A stretch of DNA of 64,000 nucleotides from Octopus bimaculoides. Lineage: Eukaryota. The number at the start of each line of letters is the position of its first letter. The stretch's first letter is position 1. Location of the stretch: the NCBI RefSeq assembly GCF_001194135.2, contig NC_068985.1, positions 47,938,920 through 48,002,919 on the forward strand. The letters run 5' to 3'. Under the pieces are notes generated by a model. It saw nothing but the letters and a program-made list of their open reading frames with translations. It did not search any database and was not told the DNA's origin. Shown here in pieces: positions 13,393 to 26,000 of this stretch. The translations under genes and the position numbers were made by a program.

Positions 13393-13760
13393 TCATCATC
13401 GTCGTCGTCGTCGTCGTCGTCCTCGTCATCGTTATCATGATCATCATCATCATCATCGTCGTCGTCGTCATCGTCGTCGTTGTCGTCGTCATTATCATCA
13501 TCATCATCATCATCATCGACAACAATAACAACAGCAGCAGCAGCAGAGGCAGCAGCTGTAGCGGTAGCTCTTGCGACGGCGGTACGAGCAGAGCAGTAGT
13601 AGTAGAAGCTACTACTACTACTACTACTACTATTACTGCTACTACTACTACTGATGATGATGATCATGATGATAACAATAATAGTAGTAGTTGTAGTAGT
13701 TGCAGGTGGAGGAGGAGGAGGAGGAGGAGGAGGAGGAGGAGGAGGAGTTCTTGTAGTAGT
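13393..13760. repeat. Compound trinucleotide tract (TCG, CAT, CAA, CAG, TAG, CTA, GAT, GGA)
   Basis: Direct inspection. Confidence 0.95.
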
Positions 13761-14307
13761 AAGTTGAGCCTTACTATTAAGTATTTTTTTCTCCTTCAAA
13801 TGAAACTTGATATTAAGAACTTGAAGGTAGATGTTCATCAGACATTTTTTGTTACATTTGTTTGTTTTTTTCCAAGCAATTTTACATTCAAGCCCACGTG
13901 ATTCATAATCACAGAAGGATTCTGTGCTTTTACGCTTCATTGAGACAATGTATGATCACGATAATTTCGTTTATATTATGAATCGGCGGTTAACTCTCTC
14001 CGTCTATTTCACATTGTATCTATATACAAAATATATAAGATGCATATAGGGTGTAAATATATATATGTATAAACGTATGCATATGTATATATATATATAT
14101 ATAAGCAATGTTAATTCTCTAAATGAAGTATTAACAGTAACTGCACGATAAAGTGTAGTATATTGCCACTTAAGTGTGGCTGACCCCTAGGGGTGGATGT
14201 TACTGTTGCTTTTAGCCCCAGGAGGACATCTCCTCCAGCTGGCTTATCGACACACTACTGTGTCCTGTTTGCCAAGGGAATTTATCCCTCCCATCATGAT
14301 CTGTAGC

Positions 14308-14349
14308 ACGAACGGACCCGGGTTTCAGGGCTATTTCCCTTCGTCAGCG

Positions 14350-14354
<5 letters not shown>
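14308..14354 (-). ncRNA. Minimal type-I hammerhead ribozyme with intact core
   Basis: Minus strand: ACAGACG CUGACGA AGGG aaauag CCCU GAAA C ccgg G U C / CGUUCGU. Core CUGANGA and GAAA, perfect 4-bp stem II, 2-bp stem III within palindrome ACCCGGGU, GUC cleavage triplet, stem I with 6 of 7 pairs. Confidence 0.85.
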
Positions 14355-14382
<28 letters not shown>

Positions 14383-14542
14383 NNNNNNNNNNNNNNNNNN
14401 NNNNNNNNNNNNNNNNNNNNNNNNNNNNNNNNNNNNNNNNNNNNNNNNNNNNNNNNNNNNNNNNNNNNNNNNNNNNNNNNNNNNNNNNNNNNNNNNNNNN
14501 NNNNNNNNNNNNNNNNNNNNNNNNNNNNNNNNNNNNNNNNNT

Positions 14543-14622
14543 CATACATACAGTATATATATATATATACTCATACATACAGTATATATATATATATACT
14601 CATACATACAGTATATATATAC
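14543..14622. repeat. About 29-bp minisatellite (tcatacatacagtatatatatatatatac) x about 3, next to an assembly gap
   Basis: Direct inspection; the array may continue into gap 14383-14541. Confidence 0.85.
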
Positions 14623-14630
14623 ACACCGTA

Positions 14631-15819
14631 TATTGGGTCATCCCATAATATACTCTCCTTCATTTTCTATAATGCTCTTCTATCTAATTGGTAGGCTTAC
14701 AAGTTCCCTCTTCCATAATTCACTTATCCGTAACGAAAAGTACTCCTCCAGTACTGTTCTAACCTCGTCTACTGAATTCATATTTTTAAGATTGTGGAAT
14801 AAATGATAATCAGATGGAGCAATGTCCTGTAAATATGGTGCATGGGGCACCGTTTCCCATTCAAACTCCTCCAGGTTTAAGAATATCAGCCTCGTTGTAT
14901 GTGACCGAGCATCATCCTGATGGAAGAACATCTTGATGGTCGTTTTTCTTCTAGCGTTGACTTAAGACACTCAACTGCTCGCAGTAGATCTTCATTATAC
15001 TTTGTTTGAGGTTTAAAAGTTGAAAGTGGATGGACTAAACCTTTCATATCTCACCAAACAGATATTACCTTACGTGGGTGAAGACCTTCTTTAGCCTGAG
15101 GTGTCGGTGTTTCTCCTTTTTCTACCCACTGATTTCGGCGCTTGACACATTTTCAGAGAACCAATTTCTCGTCTTCGGTCCAATAGTGGTTCAATCGTGA
15201 GACGTGACAGTAAAGAAGAACACACATTCACAATCTGCATACAATTATACTCGAAAAGTTTGTGAGGAAACCATTGACCCAATTTGCTGATTTTTCCGAG
15301 AGCACGCAGGTGTCAATGAATGGTTGAATGACCAAATCCAAGCTTCTCTGCTAGTTGCTCAACTGTTACGATAAGATTTTGTTTTCCACTAAGGTTTGCA
15401 GGACGTCCTCATCGAGCTCTACAGATCTTTCAAGATGAGGCTTATTTTCTAGACTGTCGTGACCGTTTCAGAATTTCTGGAACCACTGTTGACACGGGCT
15501 TACGTTTATTGTCCGATCCGCATATACTGCATTAATATTCCTTGCACATTCCGTTGCGTTGTTGCCTTTACTGAATTCATAAAGCAAAATATGTCGAATA
15601 TGCTCCTTTGTCAATTCCAATATAGCAATGAAAAAGTAACATTATAGCTATGAAAAATTAAAATCGAACTGCACTCTTTTAAACTGGAACTAAGAATAAG
15701 TACAAAGTAAAATTATTATCTACTTTTATAGAAAGTTGATGCAGATAGTTTATCCCGTACCCCTCCGACTAATAGCTCATGCAATTAAAAAAAAAAAGTA
15801 TTTATGGGATGACTTAATA
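14631..15819 (-). mobile_element. Mariner element with both TIRs and a disrupted transposase
   Basis: TIRs tattgggtcatcccataa (14631) and ttatgggatgacttaata (15802-15819). ORF fragments MFFHQDDARSH...PHAPYLQDIAPSDYHLFHNLK and GQWFPHKL (WVPHEL motif). Confidence 0.9.
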
Positions 15820-18065
15820 TATATATGTATGTATGTGTGTGTGTGTGCTTGTGTGTGTGTGAATATGTGTGTGTATGCATATGTCTGTGTATGTGTGTGT
15901 GTGTGTAATTAACGATTACCTTACAAACTTCATTAGCTTACAGGTGTTTCCACTGTAAGATGCTGTGGACTCATATTCTAATGCTTGAGTATCATATATT
16001 AGGAAACTGCAGGCTTTAACACATCACTCAAATATGAGTGCACTACACCTTATTACGGAAACAATTGTAAACAAAAGAAGTCCATAACTTAATGGTTTAT
16101 TCCTGGATATCTCTACTCTTATGACAGCTCAGTAGTTGACTAACGTTTCATTCAGAAGCACCGGTATATTGAGTTCTGCACGTGGCTATCAGGTTTATGC
16201 TAGTTTCCACTTATGTCAGTAGTAGAATGGGATGATGGAGTCAAGAACGCCTTGTAACGTCTGCTTGTAATGGCAAATACAAAGACTAATAGAGAAATAG
16301 TTATGATCTTGAATTAAAACTAATAAACACGAATACAGTCGTAACTTCTACACAGAAATGTCTACGTAAGTTTGCCTCTTTGCACACATATAACCATTTA
16401 ATACTACCCTCATATATTCGTTTATATATANNNNNNNNNNNNNNNNNNNNNNNNNNNNNNNNNNNNNNNNNNNNNNNNNNNNNNNNNNNNNNNNNNNNNN
16501 NNNNNNNNNNNNNNNNNNNNNNTATATATATATATGTAAGAAAATAAATTGAAAAAGAAGAGGAAAGAGAAGGAAAGGGATGTGAAAGTGAAGTTATTGG
16601 AATCACATGAGAAACACCAATAGATAAATGTGATTAAGAATAGTAGTATTTAGAATCAGTTCCCTATTGAGATGTAATAGTATATTGCCAAAGGACAACA
16701 GGTGCGACCGCACACTGATTTCATATATAACTGTGTAAAAACCTTGGATCACGAAAGGTAGAAGTTGATCTGGAAATATTGTTAGCTTGAGTATGATTGA
16801 AGAAAAAAGCGTGAAGAAAGAGGAGATAAAATTATATACGAGAATAAAGATAGTAAAAATAGAAGAGCTAAAACTAGGAAACAAAAGGGAATGAATAAAG
16901 ACCAGGCTAGGACATATATTTATATTAATTTGTACGTAGATATATATAAAAATTATATTTTCTTGTGTGTACTTATATCTACGTCATAAAAAAAGTAAAA
17001 GAGGTTCGTGTACAATTAACCAGAACGAAAATCGTTGAGGAGCATATATAACAATATATGTTGAACTACAAACCATCAAAGTAAAAACGAATACAGAAAT
17101 AGAAAGCGCTATAAGAGTGAGTGCTACGTGGGAGGCGAATAGATTTTATATGAAGGCCAGTTACAGTTAGTTATAAGAGATATATCGCTAAAGAGACACG
17201 CAAAGATTTATAATGAGTTGCACTTTGTGTATGTATTGAGATGAATTTAGTAATGGTAAGCGGGAGTAAGAGTTCGTTTCTTAACCATAAAAGCACATCT
17301 CTACTGACGGCTACGTTTAGACATATTTGTTTTACTATATCTTCGGGTCGACAAGACTTGCAAATGAAACCAGGTGCTTGTTGATTGGATTTATTTTTTG
17401 CGCCTTATTTCAAATTTTCAAACTTATGGTTTTTGCGTCATGTTGATTCGAATTGACAATTAATTAAAAAGACCTCGTCCCTCTACGATATTCATCCAAT
17501 TATATAATATGTTGACTTCGATAAATAAGTAATGTGAGAGATAAATGAATTAGGTTATTTCTCAAAAGATGGAAACGTTAGCAGGCGACAAAATCCTCCA
17601 CGAGCTCAAAACAATGTTCAGGAGAATATTTATGATTACGTTCGGGAATTAACGAAACGAAGCATATAAAAAATTGACAGGCTGATACGCAAACTTACAA
17701 AATACAGAAAACGCACACTTGCTTACACATGCACAAGTACAAAAATACATACACCCATATATAGTGAAAAGAGTTAACATTTTAATAATATACAATTATA
17801 ACATAAGACTGAAAGAGTTATAGAAGTCGCACAAAGGAGATGAACCAAGTATCTGTCGCAGACCGGGTGACTACGGGTAAACACATACACGCACGCTCAC
17901 GCGGATACATGTACACACGCTCACAGATCATATACATACACATGACATATACATACATGCATGCATACATACATACATGTATAGATATATATTTGCATAT
18001 AGATAGATAAATAGATATAAATATATATATATATGTATATATACACACACAAATATATATGTATA

Positions 18066-18113
<48 letters not shown>

Positions 18114-18408
18114 CAGAGAAAAAGAGCCATTGAGTGTTATATACTCAATGATAGATAGATAGATAGATAGATAGATAAACTATTTCACATAACGTGAATG
18201 TGTGCGAGAAAAGGGCTAAAGAGGAAGATAGACAGAGAAAAATAATCAAGAAGGGGAGATTGAAACCTTTTATAAATTTGATGAGAAGTGGAAGAAAAAA
18301 AAATACAAATAAATGAATAAATACAATTTTTTTCAAAAATACATTTCTTGTAATTTCTGAAGAAAATAGAATGAAGAACTCGTTTCAAATTATCTTTGAT
18401 TGCTTCAG

Positions 18409-18441
18409 GCAAAAACGACGGCAACCTATCAGGAGATTCTG
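18409..18441 (+). other. Candidate 33-nt frame-preserving micro-exon, unverified
   Basis: Acceptor ttatctttgattgcttcag, donor CTG/gtgaga, open in all three frames. No homology recognised. Confidence 0.2.
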
Positions 18442-18723
18442 GTGAGAGCACCTGTTAAACAATGAAGGAATTCGCCATTTTGAATCAGTTTTAAATTATT
18501 CTAACAATGAGATGAACACAATGTGGTAATAGCATTTACAGAAATACCCAGATCTTAACAAATGATAAGTACGCACTGTCAGAAACAGAGAAATAGCGTT
18601 TGCACACAGACACATACGCACACAGGCGAGCAAACACAGGTACGCTGTAAAAGTACGTATACACACACCCACACACACATATAGCTGTGATTTAGTGTGC
18701 AAGTAGATACACTATACGATGTG

Positions 18724-18777
<54 letters not shown>

Positions 18778-19559
18778 AGTGTGTGTGTGTGTGTTTGTAT
18801 ACATAAATATGTATATATATTTGTATATTTATTTATTATATGCATGTGTAGGATGTACCCCTCTGTATATATACGTGTCTGTGAAGTCACGTTGCTTTCT
18901 GATGAGAGTGATTGACTTAAGATCATAGTGCCATGAATTCAATTCCTGATCGAGCAGCACAATGTCGCCTTGGGTGAGATTCATCATTTCGAAGCTGCTC
19001 AAGCTTACTCACCCCAACACCGTCAAGGGGAGAAGGCAAGCAGTTTCCATTTGAACAACAAAAACTCTTCAAACAATTCTTGACAACATAGTACAAGGTA
19101 ACATGTGAATATGTTGAATTAAATCGTAATTAACTCATCCTCCTGTATTTTCTTTTACCCAAAGCCAGTAACTTTTCCGCGCCCCGCGTATATATGGTGG
19201 TCATCTCGAGATTTTAGACAATTCCTATTTTAACACGAGGAAAATCAGCGGACGAAACTTCATATGAAAGCATTATAAACTTTACCGGAGTCAAAGCTGC
19301 CCAGGATATTGTATCCTCTAAATGAAAATCATAGATGGAAGTATGCATCATAATTACGATGAATTAATCAATACAGACGGTTTTTATTCGTTTGTAAAGA
19401 GCTTCGTTGAACCAGTTGCCAAAATATACCTCAGTATTGCTCATCACTGTATGGCTTAGTCGTTAGGTTGTTGAATTAATAATCGAAAGCTTGTGATTTT
19501 AGTTCCTGTGAAAGCTGCACAATGCTCCTTACGGAGTAATGCAGACTAATCATTGCTGA

Positions 19560-19720
19560 AAACTGCAAAGATACATGAAATTCCAAAGATTCTTTGGCAA
19601 CCTGGTAAGGAGCATAGATTAACGGATAGTCGAAGTATAGCTCATCACTTCAAGAACACATACTATGTACACCAGACAGCAATTACGGTACCCAGAAATG
19701 GAGCTGTTCAGTTCGTTAAC
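19560..19720 (+). mobile_element. Possible RTE 3' remnant
   Basis: EIPKILWQPGKEHRL resembles the RTE C-terminal K..LW.P.HG.R.RGR pattern; heavily decayed. Confidence 0.3.
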
Positions 19721-20085
19721 TGGAAGCTTCTGCAAGATATGCCAACAGAAGAAACACATGAACTTGCGCAAGCAGTTAATATTCAACTAAATTTATTAAT
19801 TGTCTAAGTCCCGCTCTTCCTGTACTAAAAAGTTTGAGAGATAACGAAACAAAGACTACCAAACATGCTGCAGTGAAATCTATATTTCCCAAAGATATGT
19901 AATGGAATAAGAATTAGTGTGAATAAAATGCTGCCTCGCCGGTAGCTATGCATGTACAAATGTATAAGTGTGTAAATATATACAATTTGTATGTAGTGCA
20001 TTATTTTTAGTTTATATATAAATCTTAGATAAATCTTAGATATTTCGCTAAACAAATTGTCTTAGGCCATACATAGCATCACCAG

Positions 20086-20133
<48 letters not shown>

Positions 20134-20366
20134 NNNNNNNNNNNNNNNNNNNNNNNNNNNNNNNNNNNNNNNNNNNNNNNNNNNNNNNNNNNNNNNNNNN
20201 NNNNNNNNNNNNNNNNNNNNNNNNNNNNNNNNNNNNNNNNNNNNNNNNNNNNNNNNNNNNNNNNNNNNNNNNNNNNNNNNNNNNNNNNNNNNNNNNNNNN
20301 NNNNNNNNNNNNNNNNNNNNNNNNNNNNNNNNNNNNNNNNNNNNNNNNNNNNNNNNNNNNNNNNNN

Positions 20367-20411
<45 letters not shown>

Positions 20412-21326
20412 CATATATTGTTCATATATTGTTTGGTAGAAGAGTTAGGCAATCTTTTGCTGAACGACCTGCACAGATGAATTGTTTATAATGATAAAAT
20501 GTTTCTGCTGCATATTATCTCACTCCCTCTCTCAAAGAGTACAACTCAGCGCACGGGTCGGGATTGTAAACCACGATCTTACCATCGTAACTGCAACACC
20601 CCCCTAAGCACTAGGTCTTGCGTGTACTAGCAGCGAAGGAAGCAACAGATGTAAGAAAATAGTTGGAAACCACCGAGAAAGCAAGTCATTACATTTGGCG
20701 CAAGAGTGGGAGAGAGAGGGGGGTGGAAAGATTGTGTGTGTATGCGGTGCAAGGAAGAACGAGTACTTAGGAAACATGTCGTGTATTTTCCGCTCGGAGT
20801 CAAATCTTCCTCGATAACATTTAACTCAACAAACCTCGAACTACTGTATATGAGTGTAACCGCATATAACGGGGTCTGTCTCTGGGCAGCTCTGGTGTTG
20901 TGGTGGAAGGTAGCCAAGATAAAGGGCTGCTTCAATTCGCGATGAGACATAGATTTCTGAATTTGGAGACGGAGTACAGCTTCACCCTGAACACACGTGT
21001 AGCCACCTATATATATATATACACACACAAACATACGTCTATATGATTTAGAGGTTAAACAACCATCTAAGTGATAATAAATATCCAATATACTACTGGA
21101 TGTATACCGATATATAACGCTTACTATTGTAAGGCAATAGCGCTATTGGATAATAGGTTTGAGTGGAAGTAAAGAAAAGCTTACCGAGAATTTATAAGAC
21201 AAAGAAGAAAATGGAGAAGATAATTAGTTGACAAACATAAGCTTACAAACATCAATTAGATTTATTAATTCATTACAATCATATGGATAAATAAATAAAT
21301 AAGAATAATTGAGTGAATGAAACCTT

Positions 21327-21469
21327 ACTCTTACAGCTGTTTCTACTTCGGGGATCCAGCATGCCAAAGTTGGCACATCATACCAATATTATACAGAGAT
21401 TGTACAAAGGCTGAAAAAAGTTGGACAGAAGTTGGACAATAATTGAACCACAAAGCTTCATCAGAGAGT
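21327..21469 (-). ncRNA. Type-I hammerhead ribozyme motif with a 114-nt domain II
   Basis: Minus strand: ACUCU CUGAUGA [AGCUUUGUGG...CCCCGAAGUA] GAAA C agcu G U A / AGAGU. Perfect 5-bp stem I, palindromic ACAGCUGU stem III, GUA triplet. Stem II base has 8 of 10 pairs, but the closing pair is an A-A mismatch. Confidence 0.7.
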
Positions 21470-21849
21470 CCATAAAGTTAAGAATTAAACAAGTAAAATA
21501 GTCAAATAAAATAATAAAAATAGAATAGTAGGAAATGGTAGAAGAGTAAATTCCAAGATAACATCCAGAGGTTATGAGATGAAATCTAATTCCAATTTCA
21601 AATTTACTTATTGTGATATTTCTGCTGCTTCTTAATAAAGCATATTACTCTACCTCTGGTATTTGAGCACTCATTTTTCCACCTTGTTTTGCATTTATAT
21701 GCCTACTCCGGTATATATATATATATATCCATATATGTATGCATGTGTTATGTATGGATGGATGAGTATAGCGGAAGAGAACCAGAAAATCCATAAACCC
21801 TGTATATGTTTTGTGTATGCGTTTGTGGATGGGGGATGTGTCTGCGCGT

Positions 21850-21894
<45 letters not shown>

Positions 21895-22513
21895 TATGTG
21901 TTTGTGTGTGTGTGTGTGTTCAGACTGCGGAAAAGAGAGAGAAAATCCATGTAAGATAAAAGTAGTGAATATAGTTAAAGCAAGATTTAATATGTAACAA
22001 TATAATGAATTGAAAAGAGAGCTTCTGCATTAATGATAGTTAAAGCAGGTGTGCATAATATAGTATTAGTTCTATCCATGCCCGGAAGCAAACGCTTCCT
22101 TATTCTTTGTATCACGAATTTTAAACAGCGAGGAAGTATAAAATTCCTAAAAGTTTAATTACTTAGTTGGAAACATTTCACACGCAACATACAAAACTAC
22201 ACGCTTTATATAACCTTTTGCTAATACTATTAGTTTAAACTGATTTGCTACAACTTTTCGATTTAATGTTTCTTAAGGAGTTTCAAATTATATATTCCTA
22301 TTACTTGCGTTTCACTATGGCCATTGGGTAAGTATTATGTATTGAGATAAACTCTCCACTAAAAAATACTACACATTTATTTATAGAATAGGTCATGACT
22401 GTTTGAATAACTAGTTTACGTTGTCTTCTCCAGTAACCTCGGTTTCAAGAAATCACTGGGACGAGAATTTGGAAGACTGCTGTATCCAAATGTACATGTA
22501 TACAGTAACTTTG

Positions 22514-22826
22514 TGAAGGCGCGTGACTAAGAGATTAGAGCGAATTGGTCACAAACATGAGATAGTGAGTTCGAATCAAGGACCATGCCGTGTGTTGTGT
22601 TCTTGAGCAAGGCACTTTATTTCACGTTGCTCCAGTTCTCTCAGCTGTAGAAATGAGTTGCGATGTCACCGATACCAAGCTCTATCGGTCTTTGCCTTTC
22701 CCATCGGTGGCGTGGAGATGCTGGTATGCATGGGCGATTTCCTGTCTTCCATAAACAACATTGCCCGAACATGTACTTTCTTGGTACAATCCCATGGTCA
22801 TTTATGACCGAAGGGTGCCTTTATCC
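22514..22826 (+). mobile_element. SINE family C, tail type 1
   Basis: tRNA-like head with gagttcgaatc B-box, central ttgagcaaggcactttatttcacgttgctccag...ctcagctgtagaaatgagt domain, tail ending gaccgaaggg; homologous to 45876-46167. Confidence 0.85.
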
Positions 22827-23649
22827 TATACAATAACTTACACACGTACTTATTCACATGATTATAGACGATTGTGTATGCATATTTCTGTATATAGTTT
22901 TTGTTCTTTAGATTTACCAGTATAAAACAGTGCTCATTTGCACACGCTTTTGTACCTAAGAAGGTAATTAAAGGTTCGTTTTGGGTTGATGGTATTAACA
23001 CCTGGCTAAATTAATTACTAAGATAAATATTATCAACAAAATAGTCTTTAAGGTTTTGCCTGCCCGGAACGCACTCCAATATCATGAACCATTAAAAGAG
23101 AAAAAAAAAATACGTTTCACAAAACATTGACGAGTTAATGGTTGCCTCCCCTTCCGTATGTTTGTGCTGTCTGAGAGAAACAGTAACCAAATCTTCCTAA
23201 TGCAAAACAGACATTCTGTCTTTAATGATGTAAAATAACTCTAGAAAGTGACTTGGAAAATAGTTCCAATCAATTTTGATTAGGATATAAACTGTGGAAT
23301 GATTCGATGAAATGTGCTTCCTTTATAACCAAAGCCTCTGTCATGGTTACAAAGGCAACGAAAGTTCTCTGCAAAGAACTGGTTTGAACATTTAAACATA
23401 CTTTATTCTTTTACTGTTCCCCATGACTAAACTATACCCATTATCATATCCAGAGACTTAGATTATCATATTGAGCCCCACCCTACTTATTTCAGTCTGG
23501 TACAGATTTTTTTATGTTTTAATTTATAGTTTATGAAATTACTGAACTTTCATTTTTTATACAATACAATATTACACCTGTAATCAAACATACACACAAA
23601 GATGATGTGTATGTTTGGGTGTGTATGTATATATTTACCGCTGTATTAA

Positions 23650-24130
23650 CTATTATTTTTCCGCCATACTTTCATACACTCATCTCCCCATCACTCGTCA
23701 TCTTCCAGCCCATCTTAAAGTTTAGTATAGGAAACTACAGTGACCAAGTGTGCTCCATAGTCTTTACCTTCATCCTCCCCTCCTCTACTGCCATTCAACA
23801 CTCTGACTCACTGTCTGCTGATATACTCAGAAAACTGAGTACTCCAATCACTCCCACCTCACCCATTCCTCGTGTCATCATTATTACTCATGTCTCACTC
23901 TACAAAGAAGTTGGCAAGTGAGCTGAAACATAGGTGGTGAGATCCCTTTCAGCATGTTGAGGATATGGCTACCTTTCTAGTGCTGGGGCCACAAAAAAAC
24001 ACACTCAGACCCTTCAATCTTATTAAGGATATAGCACTTTTCCAGTGCTGATGCCATGGAAAAAGTACACATCATGAAATCCTTGATGTTTAGATGGGCA
24101 TCCAACAATAGAAACCATAATCAAAAGTGA
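23650..24130. mobile_element. Degenerate RTE-like 3' end (minus, 23650-23880) next to an interspersed repeat fragment (23900-24130)
   Basis: Minus translation AVEEGRMKVKTMEHTW...KMTSD resembles VEG..GRGRPRKTW...MTSD. The right part has the ccagtgctg..gcca..aaaaag duplicated motif of a repeat I recall from octopus. Confidence 0.4.
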
Positions 24131-25449
24131 AACAGATGCAAGATGCAAACCACTGACAATTCTCATCCGACTAGCCAACTGCAACTTCTGAAAGGATCAA
24201 ATTCCTCGCCGCCAGTAGGATTTTTGTCGATCTTTAATTTATAGCATATAGTGGAGATTTATATACAGAGTTCATATATGCAGAAAATTCTTAAATAGTT
24301 ATAGCCTAAGAGGCATATCATTAATATGTCATATGCGGAACATTTATATTTCTGAGAATATGCCGAACAATCTGTTCAGATTTTATATTATAAATGATGC
24401 AGCCGGGTAGTTTCACTACTAAACAACGATATCATTCATGGTCTATTACATCATTTGTCAGCTCAATCTTGATACTCGCTATATCAGTTTATATAATATC
24501 AATGTTACTTGTGAGTGGAAAAGTGTGTGCGTGTGTTTGTAATTTTATATATTCGTTTGCGCGTGTATGTGTACTGGTAAATTTATTACGCCTTCTATTC
24601 GTAATGTTTTATCTATCTCCATGCGATGGTATAATTAAATAATGCGTGTGTGTTTTGTGTATATGTTTGTATAATAATTCAAATTATTTTCGAGAAGCTA
24701 CACCAGTGAATAAAGCCCGAATGTTCTTGGCAAAGTCTTTACTAATCTGCTTAGGATTTAAAAGCTTCATAAAACTTTTAGAAACTTTGAAATTTGATTC
24801 AGTTTTATAAATGCTTTGGCAAGAAACTTCAGATCCTTGAGTCCCTGATGTAGTTTCTTGAGTAGAAATATTATAATATTAGTACACGTGTATATCTTGA
24901 GATCTACTTCCCGTGAGAGTTTGGATTGTTTCAAACAAATTGCAAATATACGCTTACGGATCTACCACCGAATATGGACGAGACAAAATCAGGAACAGAT
25001 CTGGAGGTGGGAGCATCCTGATAAATGCCTACAAGCAGAGTGGGAAGAAATTACGCTAGAGACTTTTCCAATTCTGCAGAAACCGTTCGGCAATGGCCTA
25101 CGAACAATTCAAAGATTCAATGATACATAGATACCATTGGTAAGCAGAAAGGTAACAGTCACAACAGAGAAAACTACCGAGGATTCACTTTCTCTCAGTT
25201 GCAGCGAAAATGCTAGCAAAACTATTGTACAATACATTACAAAAGTATTCAAACGTTAGTATAGGTTTCAATGATATGTTTTTTCACGTTCTGATGAATT
25301 CAAAAAAAGGTTTATGGGACAACGTACTCGGTTTTTCACATAGTGGTTCTTCCTTAGTCTAGATTACAACCCACCATTATTCTTGTGTGAGTTTGCTTGC
25401 ACTCCTTTGAAACACAAAACCTAGAAATACAGTAAATAGTGATAAAGTG

Positions 25450-26000
25450 AGCCTACCATTACTGCATGGCCACGGCCAAGTAAGATCGTAGCAGGTATGT
25501 CATAGTAAAACTGATTGACTCTCTCTGAACAGGGCCTTTAATCTCGCATTCCAACACAGTCGAAAGATTTTCTAATCTCAATGACTATTATTAATAGAAT
25601 ACTCTTTTGTATAGACGTCTCCTAAATTTGTCACAGACATAAGAAACCCACATTGGCGGTTAGCAAGTTTTATTTCCAATACTTTTGTAATCTTTTCAAC
25701 AGTTTTTTTCTTCAAGACTTATAACTGTTATAATTGAGAAATGGTATGTCTATGGCAGTTTCTAGTCCTATAAATCATAATTCCGCTGGTAAACACTGAA
25801 AATCTTTGCGCCCTCCAGTAGTTTGTGCCCCATTATAAACAGTCTCTGAAGATCTGGAAAATTCTAAACCGTAATTTTTTCCTCAGCATGTTTATTGTCT
25901 TCTATGGGCATGCTGCCAACGCTCGGAATTTTCTTTCATTATATCTCACAAATAACAGTTACCAGCTCCACCATATTTGTTAGTAGATCCATACTCGTAG
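25450..26000 (-). mobile_element. Decayed non-LTR reverse transcriptase remnant, probably RTE-like
   Basis: Minus strand has ANRQCGF and IVIEIRKSFDCV, resembling the RT motifs Q.GFR and F.D..KAFD.V. Confidence 0.45.

Noticed and set aside
20755-20790. GAAACATGTC on the plus strand, resembling an HHR 3' half
   Set aside because: No CUGANGA upstream and no stem I or II pairing.
22514-22580. tRNA-like sequences with A and B boxes (also 39945, 45876)
   Set aside because: They are SINE heads continuous with SINE bodies and do not form complete cloverleaves.
24900-25130. LQAEWEEI resembling a Tc1 C-terminus
   Set aside because: No supporting DDE motifs or TIR nearby.
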